A stretch of 64,000 bases of DNA. It comes from Polyangiales bacterium. GTDB lineage: Bacteria > Myxococcota_A > Polyangia > Polyangiales > JADJQN01. A program made the position numbers and the translations under genes. The DNA lies in NCBI GenBank assembly GCA_964202905.1, contig CAXNJO010000002.1, forward strand, positions 448,001-512,000, given 5' to 3'. Below the pieces are notes generated by a model. The model worked only from the letters and a program-made list of their open reading frames with translations, had not been told where the DNA came from and did no database searches. Positions 1-9,758 of the stretch are shown here, one piece after another. Each line of letters starts with the position of its first letter. Within the stretch, counting starts at the first letter, position 1.

Positions 1-753
1 GAGGGCGCGGCGTCCTTCGCTCCGCATCGTGGTCGAGAGCGCCTCGCCGAGCGCGCAGGCAAGCCGATCGTTCATCGCGAAGACGCCGCCGGGCAGCCCC
101 TCCTCGCGCTCGGCCCAGATCTGAAAGCCCTCGCTCACATCGAGCGCCCGCGCCGCGAGACGCACGTGTTCGTCGCGACGACGCAGCGACGACTCGACGA
201 CGACCGTCACGTCGAGCGCGCGGCCCAGCGCCTGCGGATCGTCGGCCACCGACGCGAGCGCGGCGAGACGCTGCGCGGACACGGCCCGCACGCGGAGCCC
301 GCCCGCGCGCGTGAGTCGATCCACGAGGTCCTGCGTGAGCTCCTCGGCGAGCTCCGCATCGCCCGCGGCGACCCGCATCGGCAGCACCGCGACGGTCAGC
401 GTCGCCACCGGCAGCGGCGCGACCTCGAGCGCACGCGCGCGCGGGTCTCGCTGGATCGTGACCGCGGGAGTCCACGCCCCCGGCTCGAGCGCGGCCAGCG
501 CGGCAAGCGCAGCGAGCTGCTTCGCGAGCTCGAGCGCGGTCGTCGCGTCGTGCGGCCCGACGCGCGCGAGACGCGTGGCGAGCGACTCGCCCTCGAGCTC
601 CTGGTCGCGAACCTTGAACACGCTCCCCATGCCGCCCGCGCCGAGCACGCCGAGCATGGCGTAGCGCCCACCGAGCAGGGTGCTCGAGGCGTCGAGGGTC
701 GGGGAGAACCAGGTCTCGTCCGCGGTGACGGGCGGCGACGTTGCCAGAGCCAC
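1..753 (-). pseudogene. Internally deleted Ser/Thr kinase fused to a TolB-N-like domain (runs off the window edge)
   Basis: Manual translation from GTG at 753 gives LLGGRYAMLGVLGAGGMGSVFKVRDQEL, then directly EGESLATRLARVGP, then VAVLPMRV...ELAEELTQDLVDRL...ALGRALDVTVVVESSLRR...DVSEGFQIWAER. VAxK, HRD and DFG motifs are absent and there are frameshifts. Confidence 0.7.
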
Positions 754-757
754 GCGC

Positions 758-1852
758 TCAGCGCCGCCGCACGAGCAGCGTCCGCGTGATCTCGAAGACC
801 TTCTCCGGCACGCGGGCGTCCTTCTCCTTCGCGAGCTCGGGCGTGAAGAGGTCGCGCCCCGCGGCGAGCAGCGTATCGGGGCGCGCGTTCTTCGTGCCGA
901 CGAGGCGGAAGGTCAGCTCGCCCCAGCGCACGTCGAGCGGCTTCGCGTCGAGCACGCGCGAGGCGGCGTAGAGCGTGTCGCCCGCGAGCACGCCGCTCGG
1001 GTGCGCGCCCTCGTCGAAGCCAAGCTCCCACGCGGCGTTCCCCGCGACGTCGCGGCTCGCGAGCGCGGCCACCCACGCGAAGACGAGCCCGCCGTAGACC
1101 ACGCGCGTGCCCTGGAAGCTCTGCCGCTCGACCTTCGCGTAGTGCTCGTCGAAGTGGAGCGGGTGCGAGTTCCGCACGAGCGCGGTGAGCTGCATGTGCT
1201 CGCTCTCGCCGACCGTCTTGCCGAGCTGGTGCAGCACGACGTCGCCGGCGGCAAAATCCTCGAAAAAACCGCCAAAACCGGCCGGTCGCGCGGGCGGCGC
1301 GGGCAGCACGCGCAGCGCCTCGGGCAGCGCGGGCACGTCGGCGGGCGGCTCCGTGAGCGCGGTGATCGCCGCGTCGGCCGGGCGCCCCTCGAGGCGCCCC
1401 GCGCGCACGAGCGCCTTGCGCTCGAAGACGCAGACCGCGCGTCCGTCCTCGGCGAAGAGCGACGTGCGCACGTGCACGACGCCGCGATCGCCGCTCGACG
1501 CGGGCTTCACGCCGAGCACGCGCGACTGCCCGGTGACCGTGTCGCCCGGGTAGCACGGCGCGGGGAAGCGCACGTCGAGGTACGCGAGGTGCGCGATCGC
1601 CTGCTCGGAGACGTCGTGCACCGAGAACGAGAGGCCGAGATTCAGCAACAGAAGCGGGTGCACCGGCCGATCGCGGAAGCCGAGCGCCTGCGCGTACACG
1701 CGCGACGCGAACGTGGGCGAGGCGTCCTGAAAGGACGCCTGAAAGAGCGCGAGCATGCCGCCGTCGATCGTGACGTCCCAGGGATGCGCGTACGTCGCGC
1801 CGACCTCGAAATCGGAGAGCATCCGCCCGTAGCGCGGGGTGTGCGTCGTCAT
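758..1852 (-). CDS. Double MaoC (hot-dog fold) dehydratase, mesaconyl-CoA hydratase (Mch)-like
   Basis: Two MaoC halves: SVHDVSEQAIAHLAYLDVRFPAPCYPGDT and GFFEDFAAGDV...NSHPLHFD. GAGGAG RBS upstream. Confidence 0.8.
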   Translation of the reverse strand: MTTHTPRYGRMLSDFEVGATYAHPWDVTIDGGMLALFQASFQDASPTFASRVYAQALGFRDRPVHPLLLLNLGLSFSVHDVSEQAIAHLAYLDVRFPAPCYPGDTVTGQSRVLGVKPASSGDRGVVHVRTSLFAEDGRAVCVFERKALVRAGRLEGRPADAAITALTEPPADVPALPEALRVLPAPPARPAGFGGFFEDFAAGDVVLHQLGKTVGESEHMQLTALVRNSHPLHFDEHYAKVERQSFQGTRVVYGGLVFAWVAALASRDVAGNAAWELGFDEGAHPSGVLAGDTLYAASRVLDAKPLDVRWGELTFRLVGTKNARPDTLLAAGRDLFTPELAKEKDARVPEKVFEITRTLLVRRR

Positions 1853-1873
1853 GGTCGTCTCCTCGGTCGCGGG

Positions 1874-2915
1874 TCAGCGAAGCAGGAAGAACGCGGCACC
1901 GAGCGCGAGCACGCCGAGCAGCGCGAGCCCGGCCACGGCGCCGACGATCAGCGCGACGGGCAGCCCGCTCCGCGCAGCCTGCGGCGTCGCGGGTGCCGAC
2001 GCGCTCCCCGCATGCACGGCCGCCGCGGACGCAGCACCGCGCAGCCACGCCGCTGGCTGCGGGATGGCGTGGAGCGCCGCGAGCATCTCGCCGGCGTTCG
2101 CGAAGCGGCGGTCGGGCATCTTCTCCATCGCGCGCGCGACGACGGCCTGCAATTCGGGCCGCACCTCGAGCCCTTCCTTCGTCGCCGCGAGGTCCGGCAC
2201 CGGCGCGGTCAGGTGCATGCGGAGCATCTCCATCTGCGCCTCGGCCACGAAGGGCCACGTCCCCGTCAGCACCTCGAAGAGCACGATGCCGGTCGAGTAC
2301 ACGTCCGACCGCATGTCGACCTTCTGGCCGGTCGCCCTGCTCGGGCGGCATGTACGCCGGCGAGCCGAACACCGCGCCCATCATCGTGAGCTTCTTCGCG
2401 GGCCCCCAGCGCTCGTCGTCGACGAACTTCGCGAGGCCGAAGTCGAGGATCTTCGCGACGTACGAGCCATCCGCGAACCGCGCGACGAAGACGTTTTCCG
2501 TCTTCATGTCGCGATGCAGCACGCCCTGCGCGTGCGCGTAGGCGAGCCCGGCGACGACCTGCTTGCCGAGCTCGAACGCGAGCCCGGGCGGCGGGTCCTG
2601 CTGCTCGAGGAAGGCGTCGAGCGGCATCCCGTCGAGCAGCTCCATCACCAGGAAAGGCCCCTCCGGCGTCATGCCGAAGTCGACGACGCCGACGATGTTC
2701 GGGTGTTGCAGCCCGCTCAGCGCGCGCCCCTCGCGCTGAAAGCGCTCGCGCGACTCCGGGTCCGTGCCGTACTCGGCGTGCAGCATCTTCAGCGCGACGT
2801 GCGGCCCGCCGCCCGCGCGCTCGGCGCGATAGACCGCCCCCGCGCCGCCCGCGCCGAGCTTCGCGAGCACGCGATAGCGACCATCGATGACCTGCCCGAC
2901 GAGATCCGCTGCCAT
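1874..2915 (-). CDS. Hanks-type Ser/Thr protein kinase with C-terminal TM helix (frameshift near 2335)
   Basis: LGAGGAGAVY, VALKML, LHRDMKTEN, KILDFGLAK and GSPAYMPPEQ lie in ORF 396..2915. RSDVYSTGIVLFEVLTG...PDRRF and the TM helix lie in ORF 1874..2314. Confidence 0.9.
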
Positions 2916-3015
2916 GGTGGGGCGGGACTATACAGCGCCCCCGGTGCGCTGCGCGGCCCCCCCGCGCGCCGCTTTTTCCGATGACGACCGCGCGCGGGCC
3001 CTTTTATCCTCGGCC

Positions 3016-4128
3016 ATGCCCTCGCGCCCTCCCTTCACCGCCACGCCCCGCTCGACGCTCACCCGCCCCGCGGCGTACCCCGTGCTGACCGCGCTGCTCC
3101 TCCTCGCCGCGTGCGGCGACGATCGACGGCCGGGCGGCGTACTCCCCGACGACGGCGGGGTGCCCCCGGGCGACGCCGCGCCCCGCGTCGATGGCGGCCC
3201 GCGCACGGACGGCGGACCGGGGCCGAGCCCGACGGGGCCCGTCGACCCGATGTGCACGGACGGCCGCTACACGGAAACTCTCCCGGACCCGAACGCCCCG
3301 ATCGACGACGTCGCCTTCGCGGGGGATGTGCCCGCCTTCGTCGATACCGTCCTCGGGCGCCGCTACCCGTTCGGGCTCGAGCTCGTCGAGGGCGGCCGCA
3401 CCAACACCTCGTTCGGCAGCGACTGCTCCGTGCTGTTCGCCGGCTCGCCCGCGAGCGCGGCGGACGTCTACCGCGCGATGTCGACGATCACCCACGAGTG
3501 CGGACATTTCTGGGACGGTGAGCGCTCGCGCGGCGCGACGAACGTCTACGAGCTCGCGACCGCGCGCACGCTCACGGCGATGCGCGGCGACACCACCTCG
3601 CGTGGGGGTGACACCTTCGCGCGCAGCCTGATCCGCCTCGACAGCTATCAGACGATGCGCCCGCCCTGCGGCGGGAGTTTCCGACGCGGCTGCGACTCGT
3701 ACGCGGACATCTACCTCGACGGGAACCCCGCCGACGCGACCTTCGAGAGCGGCGATCAGGGCTTCAACCTGCTCTTCGAGGAGACCGTGCAGTACGTGAA
3801 CTCGCTCGCGACGGAGTACGCCTTCGCCGATCGCATCCGCAGCGGCTCCTCGACCAGCGCCCGCGACGGCATCCTGACCTTCCTCTGGTACGTCGAGCGC
3901 TACCTCCGCCTCGCCCGCACCGAGTACCCCGCGGCCTATGCACGCATCGCGGACGACGCCGCGTGGCGGGACGCGATCCTCACGGTCTGGGGCCGCGCGT
4001 GGCTCTATCTCGGCCTCACGGCGGAGAACCCGGCCCTCGGCCTCGAGGACGACGTGCTCGAGGGATACGTGCTCGACCCGGTGCTGCTCGACGAGATCGA
4101 CCGCCTCCGCGCGCTCTCGGGCTGCTGA
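3016..4128 (+). CDS. Lipoprotein with HExxH motif, putative zinc metallopeptidase
   Basis: LLLLAAC lipobox, DGG linker, THECGH at 3493-3507, downstream LFEETVQY. Confidence 0.65.
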   Translation: MPSRPPFTATPRSTLTRPAAYPVLTALLLLAACGDDRRPGGVLPDDGGVPPGDAAPRVDGGPRTDGGPGPSPTGPVDPMCTDGRYTETLPDPNAPIDDVAFAGDVPAFVDTVLGRRYPFGLELVEGGRTNTSFGSDCSVLFAGSPASAADVYRAMSTITHECGHFWDGERSRGATNVYELATARTLTAMRGDTTSRGGDTFARSLIRLDSYQTMRPPCGGSFRRGCDSYADIYLDGNPADATFESGDQGFNLLFEETVQYVNSLATEYAFADRIRSGSSTSARDGILTFLWYVERYLRLARTEYPAAYARIADDAAWRDAILTVWGRAWLYLGLTAENPALGLEDDVLEGYVLDPVLLDEIDRLRALSGC

Positions 4129-4400
4129 CGCGAACGGCACACGCGGCGCCGCGCACTCCCCGCATGCGCGGCGGGAGTCCCGCGCGCTTGCCCGCTGCGT
4201 GCCAGCCTCTTGCCGCCCTCCGTGCGCCGTGAAAGGCTCCAGCGCCTCCGAGGCGAGCAACCGAGAAGAAGCCCCTCGCAGTGAGCGCGGCCTGCGAGGT
4301 GGGCCCAAGATCGACACCGCCGCCCGGGAGCGGAGCACTCCGTTCACCCGGGGCTCACCGCGCTTCCACTCGCGCCGAGCGGTCAACCGAAGAGCGAACG

Positions 4401-5660
4401 ATGGCACCCAAGGCCGACAGCCCGAAGCATGGGGACGACGCGCCGACGCCCTCGCCCCAAAACGCGCCCGCGTCGGCGAACTCCCCCGCGCCGCCGCGCT
4501 TCCGGCGCCGCGCCGTCGTGGTCGGCGCGCTCATCCTCGCGTCGGTCGGCGTGGCCGCCGTGCTCGCGCCTCGTCTCGCGGCGCGGCAGGAGCCGAACGA
4601 GACGCCGCTCCGGGACTGGGGTCGCCTCACGCGCGTCCAACTCTTCCTCGAGCAGCCGCCGGGCAACATCGCGCCCACCGACTGCCTCACCCGCGACCCC
4701 GAGTGGGCGCTGCCCGACGTTCGCACGCCCAGCCAGGCATGGGGCCTCTTTCGGAGCGCCGGACTCGACGACGACGACGCCCAGGCGCTGCTCGATCGCA
4801 CCCGCTGCGAGGCCGGGAGCTGCCGAACCATCCCCCCAGCCGCGGTGGTCGAGGGCCTCGGCTCCGACGCGCGGGGCCACCTCTACGAGCAACTCGCACG
4901 CTCTCCCGAAAACCCGTTCCATGCGTTCCCCTTCACCCGCCCTGCGGGGGAGGCGCGCTGGAGCGGACTCGCGTCGATCGTCGGCACACCGCTCCTCACA
5001 CGCCTCGAGTGGCGCCGCGGCAACCAGGTCCAGATCTCGGACTTCGAGGTGCTCTGCCGGGCAGCGGACACCGACGGTGAGCGAATCCTCATCTCGGAGA
5101 CCTTGTCCCGGATGAGCGCGATGATGGCATGGCTCACCCTGCACGAAGACGATCCGCTCGATCCGCTCATGCGTTACTGGAGCCGCGGTGCGCGAACGCG
5201 CGACCTCCGTCCGATCCTCGAGGCGATGGCCCGCGTGCCGGGCGGCGGTCGTCTCGACATCATGCACCTGCTCCCCCCGTTCGCGCGTCGGCGGCTCAAC
5301 ACCTTCCCCCAGCCGGGCGACCCGCCCCGCAACTGCTTCTGGTCGGCGCTGCATTTCTTCGACGTCACGGCCCCGCCCGACGCGGTGATCGGCGAGGTGG
5401 AGTTGCGCCCGATCATCGAGCGGGACTACGAGCCCGTGGGCTGGGACTCACGTGGGTTCGGCGACGTCATCCTCTTCCTCGACCGGCGCGGTGGCGCGAT
5501 CCATGCGGCGAACCACATCGCCGGCGACCTCGTCTTCACGAAGAACGGCTACCACGAGCGGCGCCCCTGGGCGCTGCTGCCCCTGAGCGAGGTCCGCGAC
5601 ATCTACCCCGAGACGACCGACCTGCGCGCCTTCCACCTGCGCGCGCTTCCCTCCCGATGA
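4401..5660 (+). CDS. Membrane-anchored protein with C-terminal papain/NlpC-P60-like Cys-His domain
   Basis: N-terminal TM helix; RNCFWSALHFF ... GDVILF ... IHAANHIAGDLVFTKNG. Confidence 0.6.
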   Translation: MAPKADSPKHGDDAPTPSPQNAPASANSPAPPRFRRRAVVVGALILASVGVAAVLAPRLAARQEPNETPLRDWGRLTRVQLFLEQPPGNIAPTDCLTRDPEWALPDVRTPSQAWGLFRSAGLDDDDAQALLDRTRCEAGSCRTIPPAAVVEGLGSDARGHLYEQLARSPENPFHAFPFTRPAGEARWSGLASIVGTPLLTRLEWRRGNQVQISDFEVLCRAADTDGERILISETLSRMSAMMAWLTLHEDDPLDPLMRYWSRGARTRDLRPILEAMARVPGGGRLDIMHLLPPFARRRLNTFPQPGDPPRNCFWSALHFFDVTAPPDAVIGEVELRPIIERDYEPVGWDSRGFGDVILFLDRRGGAIHAANHIAGDLVFTKNGYHERRPWALLPLSEVRDIYPETTDLRAFHLRALPSR

Positions 5661-5758
5661 CACATCCGCGTCGCTCCGCGTGGTGCCGGGCGCGAGGCGC
5701 GGCCCGTGACCACCGCGTGCGCGCGGTGTCGGTGCGCACGCCTCTCGCGTGAGCCGCG

Positions 5759-6289
5759 CTACTCCGCCGGCGGGCGGACGGGCGCCGGCGGGTCGGCCGC
5801 AAGCCGGGTGCCCGCAGGCTCGGGTCCGGCCGCTTGTGGCCCGGAGGTCCCGGCAGGCGCAGGCAGCGCGCAGGGCACCGTGCGGAAGACGACGGGCTCG
5901 ACGAAGTTCGAGAACTGTTGCCGCCCCTCCGCACCGACCGACACGAGGAGCACACGCCCGAGGTGGTAGTACTCCGCGGAGATCGGCGACCCCTCGATCG
6001 TGACCGCCGCGCCGCTCCGCGGGGTGACCTCGAGACAGACCCCGGCCCCGATGCTCCACGTCGTGTGGTACGCGGACTCGCCGCTCACGGTGTCGATCTT
6101 CACGCGGAGCGGGCTCGACTCGACGCTGCCGAGCTGCAATTCGCTCCCTTGCTCGAGCCCGACCAGGAGCGGATGGCCCACGCTCGTACCGAGCGCGACG
6201 GGTACCTGCCGCTCGCAGCCCGCGCCTCCGACGAGCAGGGTCGCTCCTCCGAACGCCAACATCCGCCCCAGCCGCGTCCTCGTCCCCAT
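5759..6289 (-). CDS. Hypothetical lipoprotein
   Basis: MGTRTRLGRMLAFGGATLLVGGAGC lipobox-like signal; composition is protein-like. Confidence 0.55.
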   Translation of the reverse strand: MGTRTRLGRMLAFGGATLLVGGAGCERQVPVALGTSVGHPLLVGLEQGSELQLGSVESSPLRVKIDTVSGESAYHTTWSIGAGVCLEVTPRSGAAVTIEGSPISAEYYHLGRVLLVSVGAEGRQQFSNFVEPVVFRTVPCALPAPAGTSGPQAAGPEPAGTRLAADPPAPVRPPAE

Positions 6290-6552
6290 CGGCGACCTCC
6301 GCGCACGGTTGTACGATTGCGGGGCGCGCGTGGCGAGCACCGAGTTGCGCGCTGGGGCCACGGGCGACGGAGACGATCCGCCCCTCGAGGGGATCGACCG
6401 ACCCGCCTCGTCCCGCCCGGAGCGCGACCGGGCACGCCCCAGGGCGATGCGCGCGGCGGTTTCGTCGAGGAAGATGGTGTGCGGCCTCCGCCATCTCCCT
6501 CAGGTCGTCCCCGTCGGGGGTTTCCCGGACGGCCTCCGGCGCGCCCCGGCGC

Positions 6553-6581
6553 TTGACAACGCCGCCGACCCCGGCCAATTT
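6553..6581 (+). promoter_or_regulatory. Putative sigma70 promoter of rpsT
   Basis: TTGACA at 6553-6558, 17-nt spacer, CAATTT at 6576-6581. Confidence 0.55.
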
Positions 6582-6693
6582 CCGCCTCCCCGGACGCCCC
6601 GCGGCGCCCGACGCAGACCGCATCGCAGCGACGCTGCGACGAGGCCGCGCAGAGACCGCTCAGAGACCGCAGAGAGACAGCAGAGAGACACCC

Positions 6694-6966
6694 GTGGCGA
6701 ACCACCCCTCCGCAGAGAAGCGCAATCGGCAGAACATCAAGCGCCGCGAGCGCAACACGCACGTCCGCTCGAGCGTGCGGACCCTGGTCAAGCGCGTGCG
6801 CGCCGCCGTCGAGTCGGGCAACGTCGCCGAGGCGAAGACGGCCCTGTCCGACGCGATCCGCCACATCGACCAGGCCGTGACGAAGGGCGTCTACCACCAG
6901 TCCACCGGGTCGCGCTACGTGTCGCGCCTCTCGGCGCAGGTCGCCGCGCTCTCCGCCGCCGCCTGA
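6694..6966 (+). CDS. rpsT: 30S ribosomal protein S20
   Basis: GTG start; ANHPSAEKRNRQNIKRRERN...IDQAVTKGVYHQSTGSRYVSRL. Confidence 0.97.
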   Translation: MANHPSAEKRNRQNIKRRERNTHVRSSVRTLVKRVRAAVESGNVAEAKTALSDAIRHIDQAVTKGVYHQSTGSRYVSRLSAQVAALSAAA

Positions 6967-7240
6967 GGCACTCCGCCCGCGACGCGCTTCGCCCCGCCGG
7001 GTCCGCCCGCGCGGGGCGTCGTGCGTTCCGCTGCCGATGCATTCGTTGCATCGCCAACCGTTGCAGCTCCAACCATCGGCGCGGCCGCGAGCGCGCCGCC
7101 CTCGGTCGCGGTCGCCTCGGTGTCGCGCAGGGCCCGCATCGCCGGGCGCACCGCGTCGATTCCTTGCCCGCACAAGCACGCCGCGGATACTCGCGCCCGT
7201 GACCGACGGCGAGACGCAGGGTGCGCGCGAGCGCGGCGCG

Positions 7241-8800
7241 ATGGCCGGCCGTGCGGGCCTCGTCGCCACGGGCACGCTCGCCTCCCGCGTGCTCGGCGCC
7301 GTGCGCGACTCCGTGATCGCGCACCACTTCGCGCTCGGCGCGACCGACGCGTTCTACGTCGCCTTCACGATCCCCAACGCGCTGCGTGGCCTGCTCGGCG
7401 AGGGGGCGGTCGGCGGCGCGTTCATCCCCGTCTACGCCGAGGTCAGACAGCGCGAAGGCGAGCCTCGCGCGCGCGCATTTTACGCGGGGCTGACGGGCGT
7501 GATGCTCGCGATCCTCGCGCTCGTGTCGATCGGCGGCGTTCTCTTCGCAGGGCCGATCGTCAAGCTCTACGCGGCGGGCTACGACGCGCGGAAGTACGCG
7601 CTCACCGTGACGCTCACCCAGCTGGTGTTCCCGTACATCTTCTTCATGGGCGTCGCGGCGCTCGGCATGGGCGTGCTGAACGCGCTGCGGCGCTTCTTCG
7701 TGCCCGCCTTCGCCCCGGCGATGCTGAGCGTCGCGATGATCGCGGCGCCCGTGGCGTTCGTGCCGCTCGCGATCGCCCTCGGGCTCGATCCGATCACTGG
7801 GCTCGCGCTCGCCGCGCTCGTCGGCGGCGCGCTGCAGGTGGGCGCGCAGATCCCCGCGCTGCGCGGCGTCGGCTACCTGCAGCGGCCGCGCTGGGGCTGG
7901 GGCGATCCGTACGTGCGCAAGGCTGTCGGGCTGCTCGGCCCGATGCTCGTCGGGCTCGGCGTCTACCAGCTCAACCTCATCCTCTCCCGGCAGTTCGCCT
8001 CCTTCCTGCCGGAGGGCTCGCAGAGCTACCTCTACTACGGCTCGCGGATCGTCGACATCCCGCAGGGCGTGTTCGCGCTCGCGATCGCGTCGGCGGCGAT
8101 CCCCTCGCTCTCGACGCTCCGCAACGCGGGCCAGCACCTCGAGGTCAAGCGCACCTTCACGTACGCGCTGCGCCTCTCGCTCTTCGTCGCGGTGCCCGCG
8201 AGCGTGCTGCTCGTCGTGCTCGCCGAGCCGACGTGCGCCGTGCTCTTTCAGCGCGGCAACTTCGATCACGCCGCGACGCTCGAGACGGCGCGCTCCCTCG
8301 CGTGGCAGGCGACGGGGATCTGGGCCGTCGCCGCGGTGCGGATCGTCGTGCCGACGTTCTATGCCTACAACGACACGCGCACGCCGGTGATCTGCAGCGT
8401 CGTGAACCTCCTCGCGTTCGTGGGCGTCGCGCTCGCCGCGATGCCGACCCTCGCCCACGTCGGGATCGCGCTCGCGCTCTCGGTCGCGAACACCGCGCAG
8501 CTGCTCGCGCTGCTCGCGCTGCTGCGGCGGCGCGCGGGGCTGCTCGGGATGCGCTCGGTCGTCGTCAGCGTGCTCAAGACGTCACTCGGCTGCGCCGCGA
8601 TGGCCGCGGCGGCCGGGGGCGTCGCGCGGCTCGGGCGCTGGGAAGCGGGCGGCAACGACCCACGCAACCTGCTCGTGTTCGCGGGGTCGCTGCTGGTGGC
8701 CGCGGTCGTGTACCTCGGCTTCGCGCACCTCGCGCGCGCGCCGGAACTCGCGGACGTCGTCGGGGCGCTGCGCCGCCGCCTCGCCCGTCGCCGCGCCTGA
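7241..8800 (+). CDS. murJ: Lipid II flippase MurJ (alternative start GTG 7199)
   Basis: TLASRVLGAVRD, TDAFYVAFTIPNALRGLLGEGA, YLYYGSRIVDIPQG, FYAYNDTRTP; adjacent to rpsT. Confidence 0.95.
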   Translation: MAGRAGLVATGTLASRVLGAVRDSVIAHHFALGATDAFYVAFTIPNALRGLLGEGAVGGAFIPVYAEVRQREGEPRARAFYAGLTGVMLAILALVSIGGVLFAGPIVKLYAAGYDARKYALTVTLTQLVFPYIFFMGVAALGMGVLNALRRFFVPAFAPAMLSVAMIAAPVAFVPLAIALGLDPITGLALAALVGGALQVGAQIPALRGVGYLQRPRWGWGDPYVRKAVGLLGPMLVGLGVYQLNLILSRQFASFLPEGSQSYLYYGSRIVDIPQGVFALAIASAAIPSLSTLRNAGQHLEVKRTFTYALRLSLFVAVPASVLLVVLAEPTCAVLFQRGNFDHAATLETARSLAWQATGIWAVAAVRIVVPTFYAYNDTRTPVICSVVNLLAFVGVALAAMPTLAHVGIALALSVANTAQLLALLALLRRRAGLLGMRSVVVSVLKTSLGCAAMAAAAGGVARLGRWEAGGNDPRNLLVFAGSLLVAAVVYLGFAHLARAPELADVVGALRRRLARRRA

Positions 8801-8867
8801 GCGCGCCCGGCGCCGCCTCGGGGTGACCGCCCGGTACGCGCTGGGGGGGCGTGCTACACGCTCGGCC

Positions 8868-9758
8868 ATGTCTGCGCCCGCGCCGCTCCCTTCTCCGCTC
8901 GACGTGCTCGACGCCGTCTTCGTCGCGACGGCCGTGAAGGTGAGCGGCCTGCCCGCGCCGGCGCTGCCCGAGCTCGCCTTCGCGGGCCGCTCGAACGTCG
9001 GGAAGTCGAGCCTGATCAACACGTTGGTGCAGCGGCGCAAGCTCGTGCGGACGAGCGCGACGCCGGGCGCGACGCGCGGGCTCAACCTCTTCCGGGCGAC
9101 GCTGCGCGGGGGCGAGCAGCTCGATCTCGTCGACCTGCCCGGCTACGGCTACGCGAAGGTCAGCAAGGTCGAGCGCGGGTCGTGGGGCCCGCTCATCGAG
9201 GGCTTCCTCCAGCGGCGCGCGGGGCTCCGCGCGGTCGTCGTCATCGTCGATGCACGCCGCGGCCTCGAGCCCGACGACGCGCAGCTGCTCGAGTTTTTGC
9301 AGCACCTCTCGCTGCGCGCGTTCGTCGTCGCGACGAAGGTCGACAAGCTCCCGGCCAACAAGCAGAAGCCGGCGGTCGCGGCGATCGCGCGCGAGGCCGG
9401 CGTGCGTGCCTTCGGCTTCTCGAGCGAGGACGGCACCGGGCGTGACGCCCTCTGGCGCGCGCTCACCCGCGCGGCGGGCATCGGCGAGTCCGAAGCGGTG
9501 ACCACCGACGTCGCCGGGGCCGAGGGGACGAGCGAGTCGGCCGCGCCTGCGGGGAGCCGCGCGCCGGCTCAGCGCACGGCAGGCGAGCCGGCCGCGAGCA
9601 CGCCGGTCACGCCGTCGCCGGGCCGCGCCGCGAAGACCTCATCCGGACCGCGCTCCGCGAGCCGCGACGGGGCCTCGGGCGCTGCGGCGAAGTCCCGCGC
9701 GCCGGGCGCCTCCCGCCCGGCCACGAAGACCTCGCGCCGGGGCCCGACGGGCAGGTAA
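8868..9758 (+). CDS. engB: Ribosome biogenesis GTPase YihA/EngB with low-complexity C-terminal tail
   Basis: FAGRSNVGKSSLIN, TSATPGATR, DLPGYGYAKV, TKVDK. Confidence 0.93.
   Translation: MSAPAPLPSPLDVLDAVFVATAVKVSGLPAPALPELAFAGRSNVGKSSLINTLVQRRKLVRTSATPGATRGLNLFRATLRGGEQLDLVDLPGYGYAKVSKVERGSWGPLIEGFLQRRAGLRAVVVIVDARRGLEPDDAQLLEFLQHLSLRAFVVATKVDKLPANKQKPAVAAIAREAGVRAFGFSSEDGTGRDALWRALTRAAGIGESEAVTTDVAGAEGTSESAAPAGSRAPAQRTAGEPAASTPVTPSPGRAAKTSSGPRSASRDGASGAAAKSRAPGASRPATKTSRRGPTGR

Noticed and set aside
4191..4206. TGGCAC sigma54-like motif on the minus strand
   Set aside because: It lacks the TTGC -12 element and points into the 3' end of a plus-strand gene.
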